From: Macrostomum hystrix
Taxonomy: Eukaryota > Animalia > Platyhelminthes
Assembly (NCBI GenBank): GCA_950097015.1
Contig: CATNEN010000037.1
Coordinates: forward strand, 2,852,001 to 2,916,000
Direction: 5' to 3'
DNA: 64,000 nt
This document shows positions 1 through 11,602 of the stretch, piece by piece. A program made the position numbers and the translations under genes. The notes under the pieces were generated by a model. The model had not been told where the DNA came from and ran no database searches. It saw only the letters and a list, made by a program, of their open reading frames with translations. The first letter of the stretch is position 1. Every line of letters starts with the position of its first letter.

Positions 1-58
1 ATAAAGAATTCATTTTTAATCTTCACGGACATGTCTCGATTCCCCCGTCTTCTGGCAG

Positions 59-208
59 CACCACTGCCGACACTGTGGCATCCTGGTGTGCGGCTCCTGC
101 TCCGAGCGTCGGTGGCTGCTGCCGAAGCAGGACAAAAAGCCACAGCGCGTCTGCGACTTGTGCTATAGGAAACTCTCCGGCGGCGATGTAGCCAGCAGCT
201 GTGGTTAG
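59..208 (+). CDS. Terminal exon of a FYVE zinc-finger protein (PLEKHF/Phafin-like); 5' part of the gene lies outside the window
   Basis: After acceptor tctggcag the exon reads HHCRHCGILVCGSCSERRWLLPKQDKKPQRVCDLCYRKLSGGDVASSCG*, the C-terminal FYVE motif (HHCxxCG...VCxxCS...RVCxxCY). 150 nt, TAG at 206-208. Confidence 0.85.
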   Translation, partial: HHCRHCGILVCGSCSERRWLLPKQDKKPQRVCDLCYRKLSGGDVASSCG

Positions 209-215
209 CTGTATG

Positions 216-438
216 TGCTGCTGGTGCTGCTGCCGTCACTGCTGCTGCTGCTGCTGATGCTGCTGCTGCCGTCACTGCTGCTGCTGCCGTCACTGCTGCT
301 GCTGCTGCTGATGCTGCTGCTGCTGCTGCCGTCACTGCTGCTGCTGCCGTCACTGCTGCTGCTGCTGCTGATGCTGCTGCTGCCGTCACTGCTGCTGCTG
401 CTGCTGATGCTGCTGCTGCCGTCACTGCTGCTGCTGCC

Positions 439-480
<42 letters not shown>
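216..480. repeat. Degenerate (CTG)n tract with recurring CCGTCA and GAT interruptions
   Basis: Directly visible; it accounts for the poly-Leu (+) and poly-Ser (-) ORFs in the track. Confidence 0.95.
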
Positions 481-730
481 ATTCGATTTTTTTGCATTAA
501 CTGTGTAATTTTCTGCATGATTAGAAAAATTCACTTATTCAGATAGAGTTTCAATAATTGTTTAATTGCTAGATTTTTTATTGCTTCTATTTATAGCTTT
601 TTGCTTTATTTTTGGGGCAGTTGGCTTTCAATTGGTCTTGGCATGAATTGGTATCGTACATTTGTTGTGCAGCTTTGTTAACATTTCAAAATAAACGTTG
701 AAATCCTATCGTTTTTCTCGATAGGATGGT

Positions 731-914
731 ATAGGGATTGTGTCCAAATTGAAAGCCCGCTGCCCCAAACCCAACTAGGATCTATTTATTTAAGCAGTAA
801 GCTAGATAGATAATGCTAAATTATAGGGATTGTGTCCAAATTGAAAGCCCGCTGCCCCAAACCCAACTAGGATCTATTTATTTAAGCAGTAAGCTAGATA
901 GATAATGCTAAATT
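731..914. repeat. Exact 92-bp tandem duplication
   Basis: atagggattgtgtcc...taatgctaaatt at 731-822 and 823-914. Confidence 0.95.
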
Positions 915-1449
915 ATTTGACAGTTTGTGATTCAAGTTTCCTTGCATCAAATCATCCCAGTCAAGCTATTTACTCAGTGAATACTTTTGTGTCAATAAAA
1001 TTATTTTGTTTTATAGCTGTTCAGACGAATCTCTACTGTTGTTTCGATATTAGAAATGATTATTTTTGTAATGTCTACCGATTTGTTGTATCAATAGCAG
1101 ACAGTTGCTAGACAATTCTCGGTGCTTGCTCGTACATTATTAATGTGTCAAATTTTAGCATTCAAATATACACATCTGTTTACAATTCACAATCATGTTT
1201 GTTTATCAAGCTTGCCTTGAACTAGCAACTTACTGGGCTATTTTTTTGCCATACGAAATCGGACAATAATTCAAATGCTATGTTACTCTTAGTGAGATTT
1301 TAATTTAAACAACTGGTTTCCTTGCTTGCTGCATACGTCGATTGTGTGAATATTTAAATCCTCGATTTCGAGAATCATGGATGTGGGATTTCGCTCGTTA
1401 ATAATGATAATAATAATTGCAGGAGGGCTGCGGGCAATGGCACATCATT

Positions 1450-1759
1450 TAGTGACACTAGACCCGCAGCCAGCGAGGAGGCAATTCTGCCCATTTTGCT
1501 CACTCCTGAGCACACACGCACACCGATACTGTACGCAGGCACACGCTCACACAGGTGTGTACATCTGCCCTGACTTTCTCATATGAGGCAGTGAACACTT
1601 TCACTGTGCCTTGGAGGTTGGCCCTCAAGGGCGTGAATTGCACGACAAGCCCCCAAAGTCTTCTCTCCGCGGCGGCGCCCCAAATAAATGTGGCCTCGCC
1701 GTGGAGGAATCGAACTTTGGGACCGTGGTGCGAGAGGCAAGCGCGCCACCGACACCCCT
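1450..1759 (-). mobile_element. tRNA-derived SINE, family A
   Basis: The minus strand begins AGGGGTGTCGGTGG...GTTCGATTCC (pol III B box). The body aligns by eye with 33378-33681 and 13879-14060. Confidence 0.75.
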
Positions 1760-1872
1760 GGGATTTCCCTCTGTTGTATATTATTCAGCTAGGATGTACC
1801 TATTTGTGAATCATCGATGTGGGATTTTCCTCTGTTGTATATCTAGTTGAGCTGGGATTCCCCTTTGTGTGG

Positions 1873-1995
1873 TTGCTAGGGTGGACACTAGGGTTGCTAT
1901 GGTACCGGTAACAATAGTGCTAGGGTTGCTAGGGTGGACACTAGGGTTGCTATGGTACCGGTAACAATAGTGCTAAAGGTTGCTAGGGTAACACA
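1873..1995. repeat. Short TAGGGTTGC/TAGGGTG(G)ACAC minisatellite
   Basis: Directly visible; same unit family as 2878-3425. Confidence 0.9.
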
Positions 1996-2536
1996 TAGGC
2001 TTCTGTTTCAAGACTCTGAGCTTGTACTCAGATGAGTATTTGGTCTATCATGTGAAAACGTTCTTCAGGTATACTGTTGATAGCAGCTGGTGCATTCTAA
2101 AAGACAAATTCTAAAATCTTGGATTGATGATGGTTCGAGCAAGTGCTTTTATTTCTAGTGTAAAGTTATTATAACTGGATTTATTACAATGTCTGAAAAA
2201 ATGGGCAATTGCCAATAGGTAATCATAGATTTAGGATAATTGCACCTAATGTCATAAAAGAGGTGAAAAATTCAATTTAGATATCGCGAATAGATTTAGC
2301 AATGTGTACTTTTCGTTCGCCGGCCGCCTTGACTTAAAGCGTTTAAAAGTAGCAGCGAAGTAAATGAACTATTCTATGGGCCAAAGCTTCCGAGGTTTCA
2401 AGGTTTTGACTGCGGTAATATAACTATAGTAGTCAAATATAAGCATTATTGAAGTTACTTTTCATGCTTCTAATTCTATCTTTTTAAAGATGTCAGGAAA
2501 AATAATTTAAACCGACAATCATTAAACGTAAAAAGG

Positions 2537-4799
2537 ATGGCCAGCGAAAACTCAAATGTACAATTCGATTTGAGCCACTTGCCAACACAGACGACAGCAG
2601 AGCCACCGCCGCAGCGTCAGCCGCAGCAGAGGCTGCTATTTGCCACTGAACGGCGAGTTACGCATCAACGCTTCCGGCGGATGAATCGGCTGTCGAGAGG
2701 GCAGCAGGTGAAGGTGGGACTGTCACTATTTTTGCTGCATTCGTACTGTAGCCGTGTAGGCTTTAAAGAAGTCTTTCTAGTCATTATATAACTCAATATT
2801 CTTGCTCAGTACCGCACGTTGCTAGTGAGATGCAAGTTGTTATAGTGTTGTTAAGGAGATCTGCAGGGTGCCACTCGTGTTGCTAGGGTTGCTAGGGTGA
2901 TACTAGGGTTGCTAGGGTAATACTAGGGTTGCTAGGGTAATACTAGGGTTGCTAGCGTGATACTGGGGTTGTTAGGGTAATACTAGGGTTGCTAGGGTGA
3001 CACTAGGGTTGCTATGGTGACACTATAAAGTTGCTAGGGTGGACACTGGGGTTGCTATGGTGACACTATAAAGTTGCTAGGGTGGACACTGGGGTTGCTA
3101 GAGTGACACTAGGGTTGCTAGGATGGACACAGGGGTTGCTAGAGTGACACTAGGGTTGCTAGGGTGACACTAGGGTTGCTAGGGTGACATTAGGATTGCT
3201 AGAGTGACACTAGGGTGACACTATAGGGTTGCTAGGGTGACATTAGGACTGCAAGGGTGACACTAGGGTTACTAAGGTGACACTAGGGTTGCTATGGTAC
3301 CGATGACACTAGGGTTGCTATGGTGACAATAGGGTTGCTAGGGTGACACTATGGTTGCTAGGGTGGACACTAGGGTTGCTATGGTACCGGTAACAATAGT
3401 GCTAGGGTTGCTAGGGTAACACATGGGCTTCTATAAGACACAGTTAAGACTAAGATTGCTGGAGAATTAGTAAGCTGATTCTTGACCCTCGCCTCTCTTT
3501 CGTCAATCTCAGTACCCGTGGAGTAACCACAACAACTCCAGCCAGACAGTGGTGCTGACCCGCAGTCGGCCCCTGAGCCGTCAGCTCCGGTCAGCCGACA
3601 GTGTCGCCTGTTTTGGCCGCGCCAGTCGACCTGGCTGCGTCACGGGGCCAGCCTGGGGCGTGGCGTACTATGTACTGCTGGTCATTGTTGCCTCATCCGG
3701 CCTGTTGATGTGCACGGACCTCCTGTACCTGGCCAGGCATTTCTCAGCTGTGTTCATGCTGATTTCAGCTGGTTTGCTCACACTGACTGTGGCCTCGTTC
3801 TGCCAGTCGGCATGTCGCGATCCTGGGATTATTCCCAAGGCTACCTTAGACGAGGCTGCCGCCAATGTGCAGGAGATTGTGGCCAACTCAACCAGGTGAG
3901 CTAGGTCTGATCGGACTGGCTGTTTGTCCGGCTTACCTGAATCAAAATTAGTTGTCAATTCTTTTGTGTTGTTGGGCAAATACTGGGGTTGGGAAGTTGT
4001 CTAGTTGTTGGGAAGACACAGTAAGTTGATGGGAAGACACTGGGGTTTTTGGGAATAATGGTGTTTTAAGAACTAATGAAAAAATCGTTAAAATTTCACC
4101 CACTCAGGGCTCGAGTGCAGCGGAACCTGCGCAAACTTCTAAAAACCTACAAGCGCCGCGTGAAATTTTACGGCCACGAGATTGAGCAGAAGTTCTGTCA
4201 CACCTGTTTTATCTGGCGTCCGCCGCGCTCGTCACACTGCGGCACCTGCAACAACTGCGTGGCCAAGTTCGACCACCATTGCCCCTGGCTTGGCAACTGC
4301 GTCGGTTTGGGGAATTATCGGCAATACCTGGCCTTTCTTATCTACCTTAGTCTGCACTGTATCCTGAGCACCTGTTTCAGCGTGGTCAAGCAGGTGAGAA
4401 CAAGCTTATGAGCTACTAAATGGCCGCAAAGTACCCCAGAATAAAACGCTTTAAAACACCTCACCGACAATTCCCCAGGTGCTGTACTTCGGAAGTCAGA
4501 GTGTCTTCGTGGCCAGTTCGTTGAGCAACCTGCTGCCCAGTGTAATCTGCACTCTGCTATCCTTTGGCGGCTTGGCCTTTGCCACCAACCTGCTGCAGTA
4601 TCACACGGAGATCATGATCAAGGGCCTCACCACCCGCGAGGACGAGAAGTCGGACGACCTGTTCCGAGACGGCGTCAATTACTTCAGACGGCCGGGCGGA
4701 TTTTTTGAACACCTCCGAGACGCCCTACTGAGCAATCAGCTGCCATCCGTGTTTAAAAAAAGGCAAAGGCGCCGCTCCAGGAAGCGAGTTGCGGCTTAA
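2537..4799 (+). CDS. DHHC palmitoyltransferase (ZDHHC9/14/18, Erf2-like); exons 2537-2713, 3513-3895, 4108-4393, 4479-4799; 388 aa
   Basis: Complete [53 protein letters not shown]; transmembrane segments; GLTTRE resembles the TTxE motif; GT-AG sites with consistent phases 0, 2, 0. Confidence 0.9.
2878..3425. repeat. TAGGGT-based minisatellite in ZDHHC intron 1
   Basis: Units tagggttgc and tagggtgacac/tagggtaatac repeated throughout. Confidence 0.95.
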
Positions 4800-4827
4800 A
4801 ATTTATCGGCATTTAACTACGGGATAG

Positions 4828-5885
4828 CACTCCAACATCAGTACAGAATGACACTCCAACATCAGTACAGAATGACACTCCAACATCAGTACAGAATGAC
4901 ACTCCAACATCAGTACAGAATGACACCCCAACATCAGTACAGAATGACACTCCAACATCAGTACAGAATGACACTCCAACATCAGTACAGAATGACACCC
5001 CAACATCATTACAGAATGACCCTCCAACATCATTACAGAATGACACTCCAACATCAGTACAGAATGACACTCCAACATCAGTACAGAATGACACTCCAAC
5101 ATCAGTATAGAATGACACCCCAACATCATTACAGAATGACCCTCCAACATCATTACAGAATGACACTCCAACATCAGTACAGAATGACACTCCAACATCA
5201 GTACAGAATGACACTCCAACATCATTACAGAATGACACCCCAGCATCATTACAGAATGACACTGCAACATCATTACAGAATGACACCCCAACATCATTAC
5301 AGAATGACACTGCAACATCATTACAGAATGACACCCCAGCATCATTACAGAATGACACTGCAACATCATTACAGAATGACACCCCAGCATCATTACAGAA
5401 TGACCCTCCAACATCAGTACAGAATGACACTGCAACATCATTACAGAATGACACCCCAGCATCATTACAGAATGACCCTCCAACATCAGTACAGAATGAC
5501 ACTGCAACATCATTACAGAATGACACCCCAACATCATTACAGAATGACCCTCCAACATCATTACAGAATGACACTCCAACATCATTACAGAATGACACCC
5601 CAACATCAGTACAGAATGACACTCCAACATCATTACAGAATGACACTCCAACATCATTACAGAATGACACCCCAACATCAGTACAGAATGACACTCCAAC
5701 ATCATTACAGAATGACACTCCAACATCATTACAGAATGACACCCCAACATCAGTACAGAATGACACCCCAACATCATTACAGAATGACCCTCCAACATCA
5801 TTACAGAATGACACCCCAGCATCAGTACAGAATGACACCCAGCATCATTACAGAATGACACTCCAACATCATTACAGAATGACAC
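4828..5885. repeat. 24-bp minisatellite ACTCCAACATCA(G/T)TACAGAATGAC, about 44 copies
   Basis: Directly visible; 8-aa periodicity in the ORF track. Confidence 0.97.
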
Positions 5886-6231
5886 TGTCTTCTATGAATT
5901 TTTAAGGCATGCGTCTTTCTTTGTGTATGTTAATCTTCCAATCAAATCGCAACCGACTGATTTTCAAAATCACTGAAATTTGCACATTACACAAAACGGT
6001 TTCACTTCCTTTTTGACAAATGTGCCTGTCTAATTTGTAACTACATTGTAACGAAGAAATAAAATTGACATGTATCGAATATTGATTGATTCTAGTTGCC
6101 CCGTTGATTGATTTATGACACTGCTCTTTGCTTGGTCTAATGGTATTTACTCGTAAACATTCATCTTAGCAAATAAATGCGATTTTTCACAAAATTTGAC
6201 AAAAAATGCTGCATAGAAAAATGCGAGTAAA

Positions 6232-7050
6232 ATGGAATCGTAGCAGAGACTACAACTGGAATCGTAGCAGACACTACAACTGGAATCGTAGCAGACACTA
6301 CAACTGGAATCGTAGCAGCGACTACAACTGGAATCGTAGCAGACACTACAACTGGAATCGTAGCAGCGACTACAACTGGAATCGTAGCAGAGACTACAAC
6401 TGGAATCGTAGCAGACACTACAACTGGAATCGTAGCAGCGACTACAACTGGAATCGTAGCAGAGACTACAACTGGAATCGTAGCAGAGACTACAACTGGA
6501 ATCGTAGAAGAGACTACAACTGGAATCGTAGCAGCGACTACAACTGGAATCGTAGCAGACACTACAACTGGAATCGTAGCAGACACTACAACTGGAATCG
6601 TAGCAGCGACTACAACTGGAATCGTAGCAGACACTACAACTGGAATCGTAGCAGACACTACAACTGGAATCGTAGCAGCGACTACAACTGGAATCGTAGC
6701 AGAGACTACAACTGGAATCGTAGCAGACACTACAACTGGAATCGTAGCAGCGACTACAACTGGAATCGTAGCAGAGACTACAACTGGAATCGTAGCAGAG
6801 ACTACAACTGGAATCGTAGAAGAGACTACAACTGGAATCGTAGCAGCGACTACAACTGGAATCGTAGCAGCGACTACAACTGGAATCGTAGCAGAGACTA
6901 CAACTGGAATCGTAGAAGAGACTACAACTGGAATCGTAGCAGCGACTACAACTGGAATCGTAGCAGAGACTACAACTGGAATCGTAGCAGAGACTACAAC
7001 TGGAATCGTAGCAGACACTACAACTGGAATCGTAGCAGCGACTACAACTG
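6232..7050. repeat. 24-bp minisatellite TGGAATCGTAGCAGAGACTACAAC
   Basis: Directly visible tandem units. Confidence 0.97.
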
Positions 7051-8770
7051 GAATCTCAGTAGATACTACAACTAGAGTATCAGTAGATACTACAACTAGA
7101 ATCTCAGTAGATACTACAACTGAGTATCAGTAGATACTACAACTAGAGTATCGGTAGATACTACAACTAGAATCTCAGTAGATACTACAACTAGAATCTC
7201 AGTAGATACTACAACTAGAATCTCAGTAGATACTACAACTAGAATCTCAGTAGATACTACAACTAGAATCTCAGTAGATACTACAACTAGAATCTCAGTA
7301 GATACTACAACTAGAGTATCAGTAGATACTACAACTAGAGTATCGGTAGATACTACAACTAGAATCTCAGTAGATACTACAACTAGAATCTCAGTAGATA
7401 CTACAACTAGAATCTCAGTAGATACTACAACTAGAATCTCAGTAGATACTACAACTAGAGTATCAGTAGATACTACAACTAGAATCTCAGTAGATACTAC
7501 AACTAGAATCTCAGTAGATACTACAACTAGAATCTCAGTAGATACTACAACTAGAGTATCAGTAGATACTACAACTAGAGTATCGGTAGATACTACAACT
7601 AGAATCTCAGTAGATACTACAACTAGAATCTCAGTAGATACTACAACTAGAATCTCAGTAGATACTACAACTAGAATCTCAGTAGATACTACAACTAGAG
7701 TATCAGTAGATACTACAACTAGAATCTCAGTAGATACTACAACTAGAATCTCAGTAGATACTACAACTAGAATCTCAGTAGATACTACAACTAGAATCTC
7801 AGTAGATACTACAACTAGAATCTCAGTAGATACTACAACTAGAATCTCAGTAGATACTACAACTAGAGTATCAGTAGATACTACAACTAGAGTATCGGTA
7901 GATACTACAACTAGAATCTCAGTAGATACTACAACTAGAATCTCAGTAGATACTACAACTAGAGTAGCAGTAGATACTACAACTAGAATCTCAGTAGATA
8001 CTACAACTAGAGTAGCAGTAGATACTACAACTAGAATCTCAGTAGATACTACAACTAGAGTAGCAGTAGATACTACAACTAGAGTATCAGTAGATACTAC
8101 AACTAGAATATCAGTAGATACTACAACTAGAGTAGCAGTAGATACTACAACTAGAATCTCGGTAGATACTACAACTAGAGTAGCAGTAGATACTACAACT
8201 AGAATCTCAGTAGATACTACAACTAGAGTATCAGTAGATACTACAACTAGAATCTCAGTAGATACTACAACTAGAATCTCAGTAGATACTACAACTAGAG
8301 TATCAGTAGATACTACAACTAGAATCTCAGTAGATACTACAACTAGAGTAGCAGTAGATACTACAACTAGAATCTCGGTAGATACTACAACTAGAGTAGC
8401 AGTAGATACTACAACTAGAATCTCAGTAGATACTACAACTAGAGTAGCAGTAGATACTACAACTAGAATCTCGGTAGATACTACAACTAGAGTAGCAGTA
8501 GATACTACAACTAGAATCTCGGTAGATACTACAACTAGAGTAGCAGTAGATACTACAACTAGAATCTCAGTAGATACTACAACTAGAGTATCAGTAGATA
8601 CTACAACTAGAGTATCAGTAGATACTACAACTAGAATCTCAGTAGATACTACAACTAGAGTAGCAGTAGATACTACAACTAGAATCTCAGTAGATACTAC
8701 AACTAGAGTAGCAGTAGATACTACAACTAGAGTAGCAGTAGACACTACAACTAGAACTAAAACTAGAGTT
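7051..8770. repeat. 24-bp minisatellite TAGAATCTCAGTAGATACTACAAC, related to the preceding array
   Basis: Directly visible; shares the ACTACAACT core and the register with 6232-7050. Confidence 0.97.
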
Positions 8771-9514
8771 GTGTCAAAATAATTATAATAATATAAAATA
8801 ATAAGTCCATTAAGAGAAAAGCAATGACACAGTGAAGGTTAACGTGTGATTTGAATATGTGGGAAGCAGACAATGCCAGAGAAAACTTTATTAGCAAATT
8901 CACTTTCTGAATTGGTTATTAAGGGAGTCAAGAATTAGATTATGCAAAGCTGGCAGACATTTGCGAAATTTGAATAATTAAAACCTGTTTCTGATCGCAC
9001 ATCGTAAGCAGTTAACAGAAAATATAATAGGAATTAATAATTTAGTAAAAAGCAAATTCATTTTAAGAATAATCACATGAACTGCCCTGCTGAGAAGTTG
9101 CATGTTGGACACATAGAAAGTACATAGTAAGATAGTATTTCAAAAAGATTTTTAAGCACTGCTTGATACCGTAAGAGATCAGAGACCCAATTAAAAATAA
9201 CTAGATTAAAGAGCGAAACTCGAATCAAATCGTTAATTAAAGCCAAGCTCTCTAGAAAATTGCATTTTAACTTTTCTATATTCCAATTTATAATAGATAA
9301 CTTTAAATATTGTACGCATATCCCATACTTACTTGACTTAGCACCTGCTTTTTGGTCCAAAGAAGAGGACTTATTAAGTAGCATAACATAGCAACAATAG
9401 AAAATTAAGACTGGCATGCTGTTAAATAGAAGAAAGAAGTCGATACTAACTGCTGGCATAGTTAAGGCCATTTAGGATTGCTTCGCATTCATTTAGCTTT
9501 CAATTAAAAACAAA

Positions 9515-10010
9515 TGTAGAATTGTTATATACTACTGACAGTATGTAGAATTGTTATATACTACTGACAGTAGGTAGGCTCATTATATACTACTGACAGT
9601 ATGTAGAATTGTTATATACTACTGACAGTAGATAGGCTCATTATATACTACTGACAGAATGTAGAATTGTTATATACTACTGACAGTAGGTAGGCTCATT
9701 ATATACTACTGACAGTATGTAGAATTGTTATATACTACTGACAGTAGGTAGGCTCATTATATACTACTGACAGTATGTAGAATTGTTATATACTACTGAC
9801 AGTAGGTAGGCTCATTATATACTACTGACAGTATGTAGAATTGTTATATACTACTGACAGTAGGTAGGCTCATTACAAACTACTGACAGTAGGTAGGCTC
9901 ATTACAGACTACTGTCAGTAGGTAGGCTCATTACAAACTACTGACAGTAGGTAGGCTCATTACAAACTACTGACAGTAGGTAGGCTCATTACAAACTACT
10001 GACAGTAGGT
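9515..10010. repeat. 29-bp minisatellite with alternating A/B units and palindromic core CTACTG-A-CAGTAG
   Basis: atactactgacagtatgtagaattgttat alternates with atactactgacagtaggtaggctcattat. Confidence 0.95.
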
Positions 10011-10446
10011 AATGCTTCTGCAGTCGGGTTTTGAATTGAGCATTTATACGTTAGTGTGGAATTAACAGAAAAACTATCAGTATGTTGCAGTTCCAGTTAA
10101 TAAATATTTAAAAGAAAAATTAAAAGCTAAAGCAGCAGAAATCGAAATGAAAGAAAAATAAATAAACGATTTCCTAATACGGGAGTTTACAATAAATTCA
10201 CAACGCAGCATATTTCTGAATAGATTACTGGTACATAATGCACTAGCTGAGAAGCAAAGAAAATTAGTTATTAAAGTAAAAAAAGAAAGAAAAATAATTA
10301 TAACGCGAGGCGGCGCACTGTCATTGGTGATGTAATCTGACAGTTAGGGGTTTTGGACATGTAAATTTCGGCTTAATGCTTTGCTTATGATTTATGATAG
10401 TACATTAGTCAGACATGGGGCTGATAATCTTCATTAGTTTTGTCAA

Positions 10447-11089
10447 TCACTGGCCGGATTGCAACAACTCCGTCTCGTCCGCGTTTTTCTTCCCCTGCTT
10501 ATCGGCTTCTTCTTCGTGCTGCAGCAGCTGCTGCTGTTGCTGCTGTTGGTGCAGAAGATGCTGGGCCACAATGGGCTGGTCAGGATGAGTAACCTGGAAA
10601 ATCAGGAATCAGTGAAATGCGCTTATTTTCTTTCTCACCGGCTGTGAGTCAATAATAATAATGTAACATAATTGATTTACACCTGCCCAAATTGGGTCAG
10701 ATGTGCAGTCGAGGCATATGGCTGTTTAGTCCATGGACTTTATATTATTTCTCATTACCCACCTGATGCTGGTCAGTCGGACAGTTATTAACTGAGGACT
10801 TCTTGCGCACAGCTGGCACATTGTCCGGTGTCGGAATAGTGTCACCCGTGCTCTCCTGCAGCATCTCCTTCTCCTGCGTGGCCGGCAGTGGAGCCTTCTG
10901 GTGGGACACCCGCGCCTTGGCCATGTTGTAGTCTCCGCTGTCGAAATACTTGTGACCCTTGTTTAAGCGCTTCTGCAGCACGGAGGTACCGATGCCTTTG
11001 CGCCCCAGGTTGGGGTACTTCTGACGCAGCTTATCCTCCTCGGCCTGCTCAACCGATTTCGCTGCGGCCACCGGGTCGCTGGCTGACAT
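10447..11089 (-). CDS. ENSA: Alpha-endosulfine/ARPP-19; exons 11089-10763 and 10593-10447; 157 aa
   Basis: EEDKLRQKYP...LQKRLNKGHKYFDSGDYNMAK contains the invariant FDSGDY Greatwall site. Donor CAG|gtgggt and acceptor ttccag|GTT give an open phase-0 second exon ending in TGA. Confidence 0.92.
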
Positions 11090-11602
11090 GGCTGCAACTT
11101 TCTTTGTTTGTGTGCATGTGCATGTAGTACTATTCTAAGTAGTGTAGCTTAGACAATTTTGAACTGCTACGAGTATTTTGTCCTAACTGCATGGCGTAAG
11201 ACGCACACAAAAGGCTTCAACACGAGTAGAATCTACGCATCTAATACCCAGAATATTCAAAGCTACAAAAAGACAATAAAATTAATTAATAAAGCTAAAT
11301 GATTATTTAAAATTGTTTATTAAAATTGTGATTCTTTAAAAATGACCATTTAAAATGGTACTTTTTCAATGATCATCGGCAGAGCTTACAGAAGCCGTAA
11401 TAGTCCGTTTTTAAAGCACGAAAATAAACAGGGACTTAAGTGTGTTTGTTGATAATAATTCTGACTGTAGAGATAAAAATAATCAATTACTTGCGTAAAA
11501 AATTTATGAAGATATCTACTCGTAATTCTTTAAATCATTGAAGTCTAGGCCCTATATTAATATTTTAGCACTTTAATGGATTAATAAGCAGAGTATAGAT
11601 GG

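Noticed and set aside
9515-10010. CRISPR-like array (palindromic repeat with intervening sequence)
   Set aside because: The linkers are only two alternating variants, not unique spacers. There are no cas genes and the context is eukaryotic. The same applies to the other arrays.
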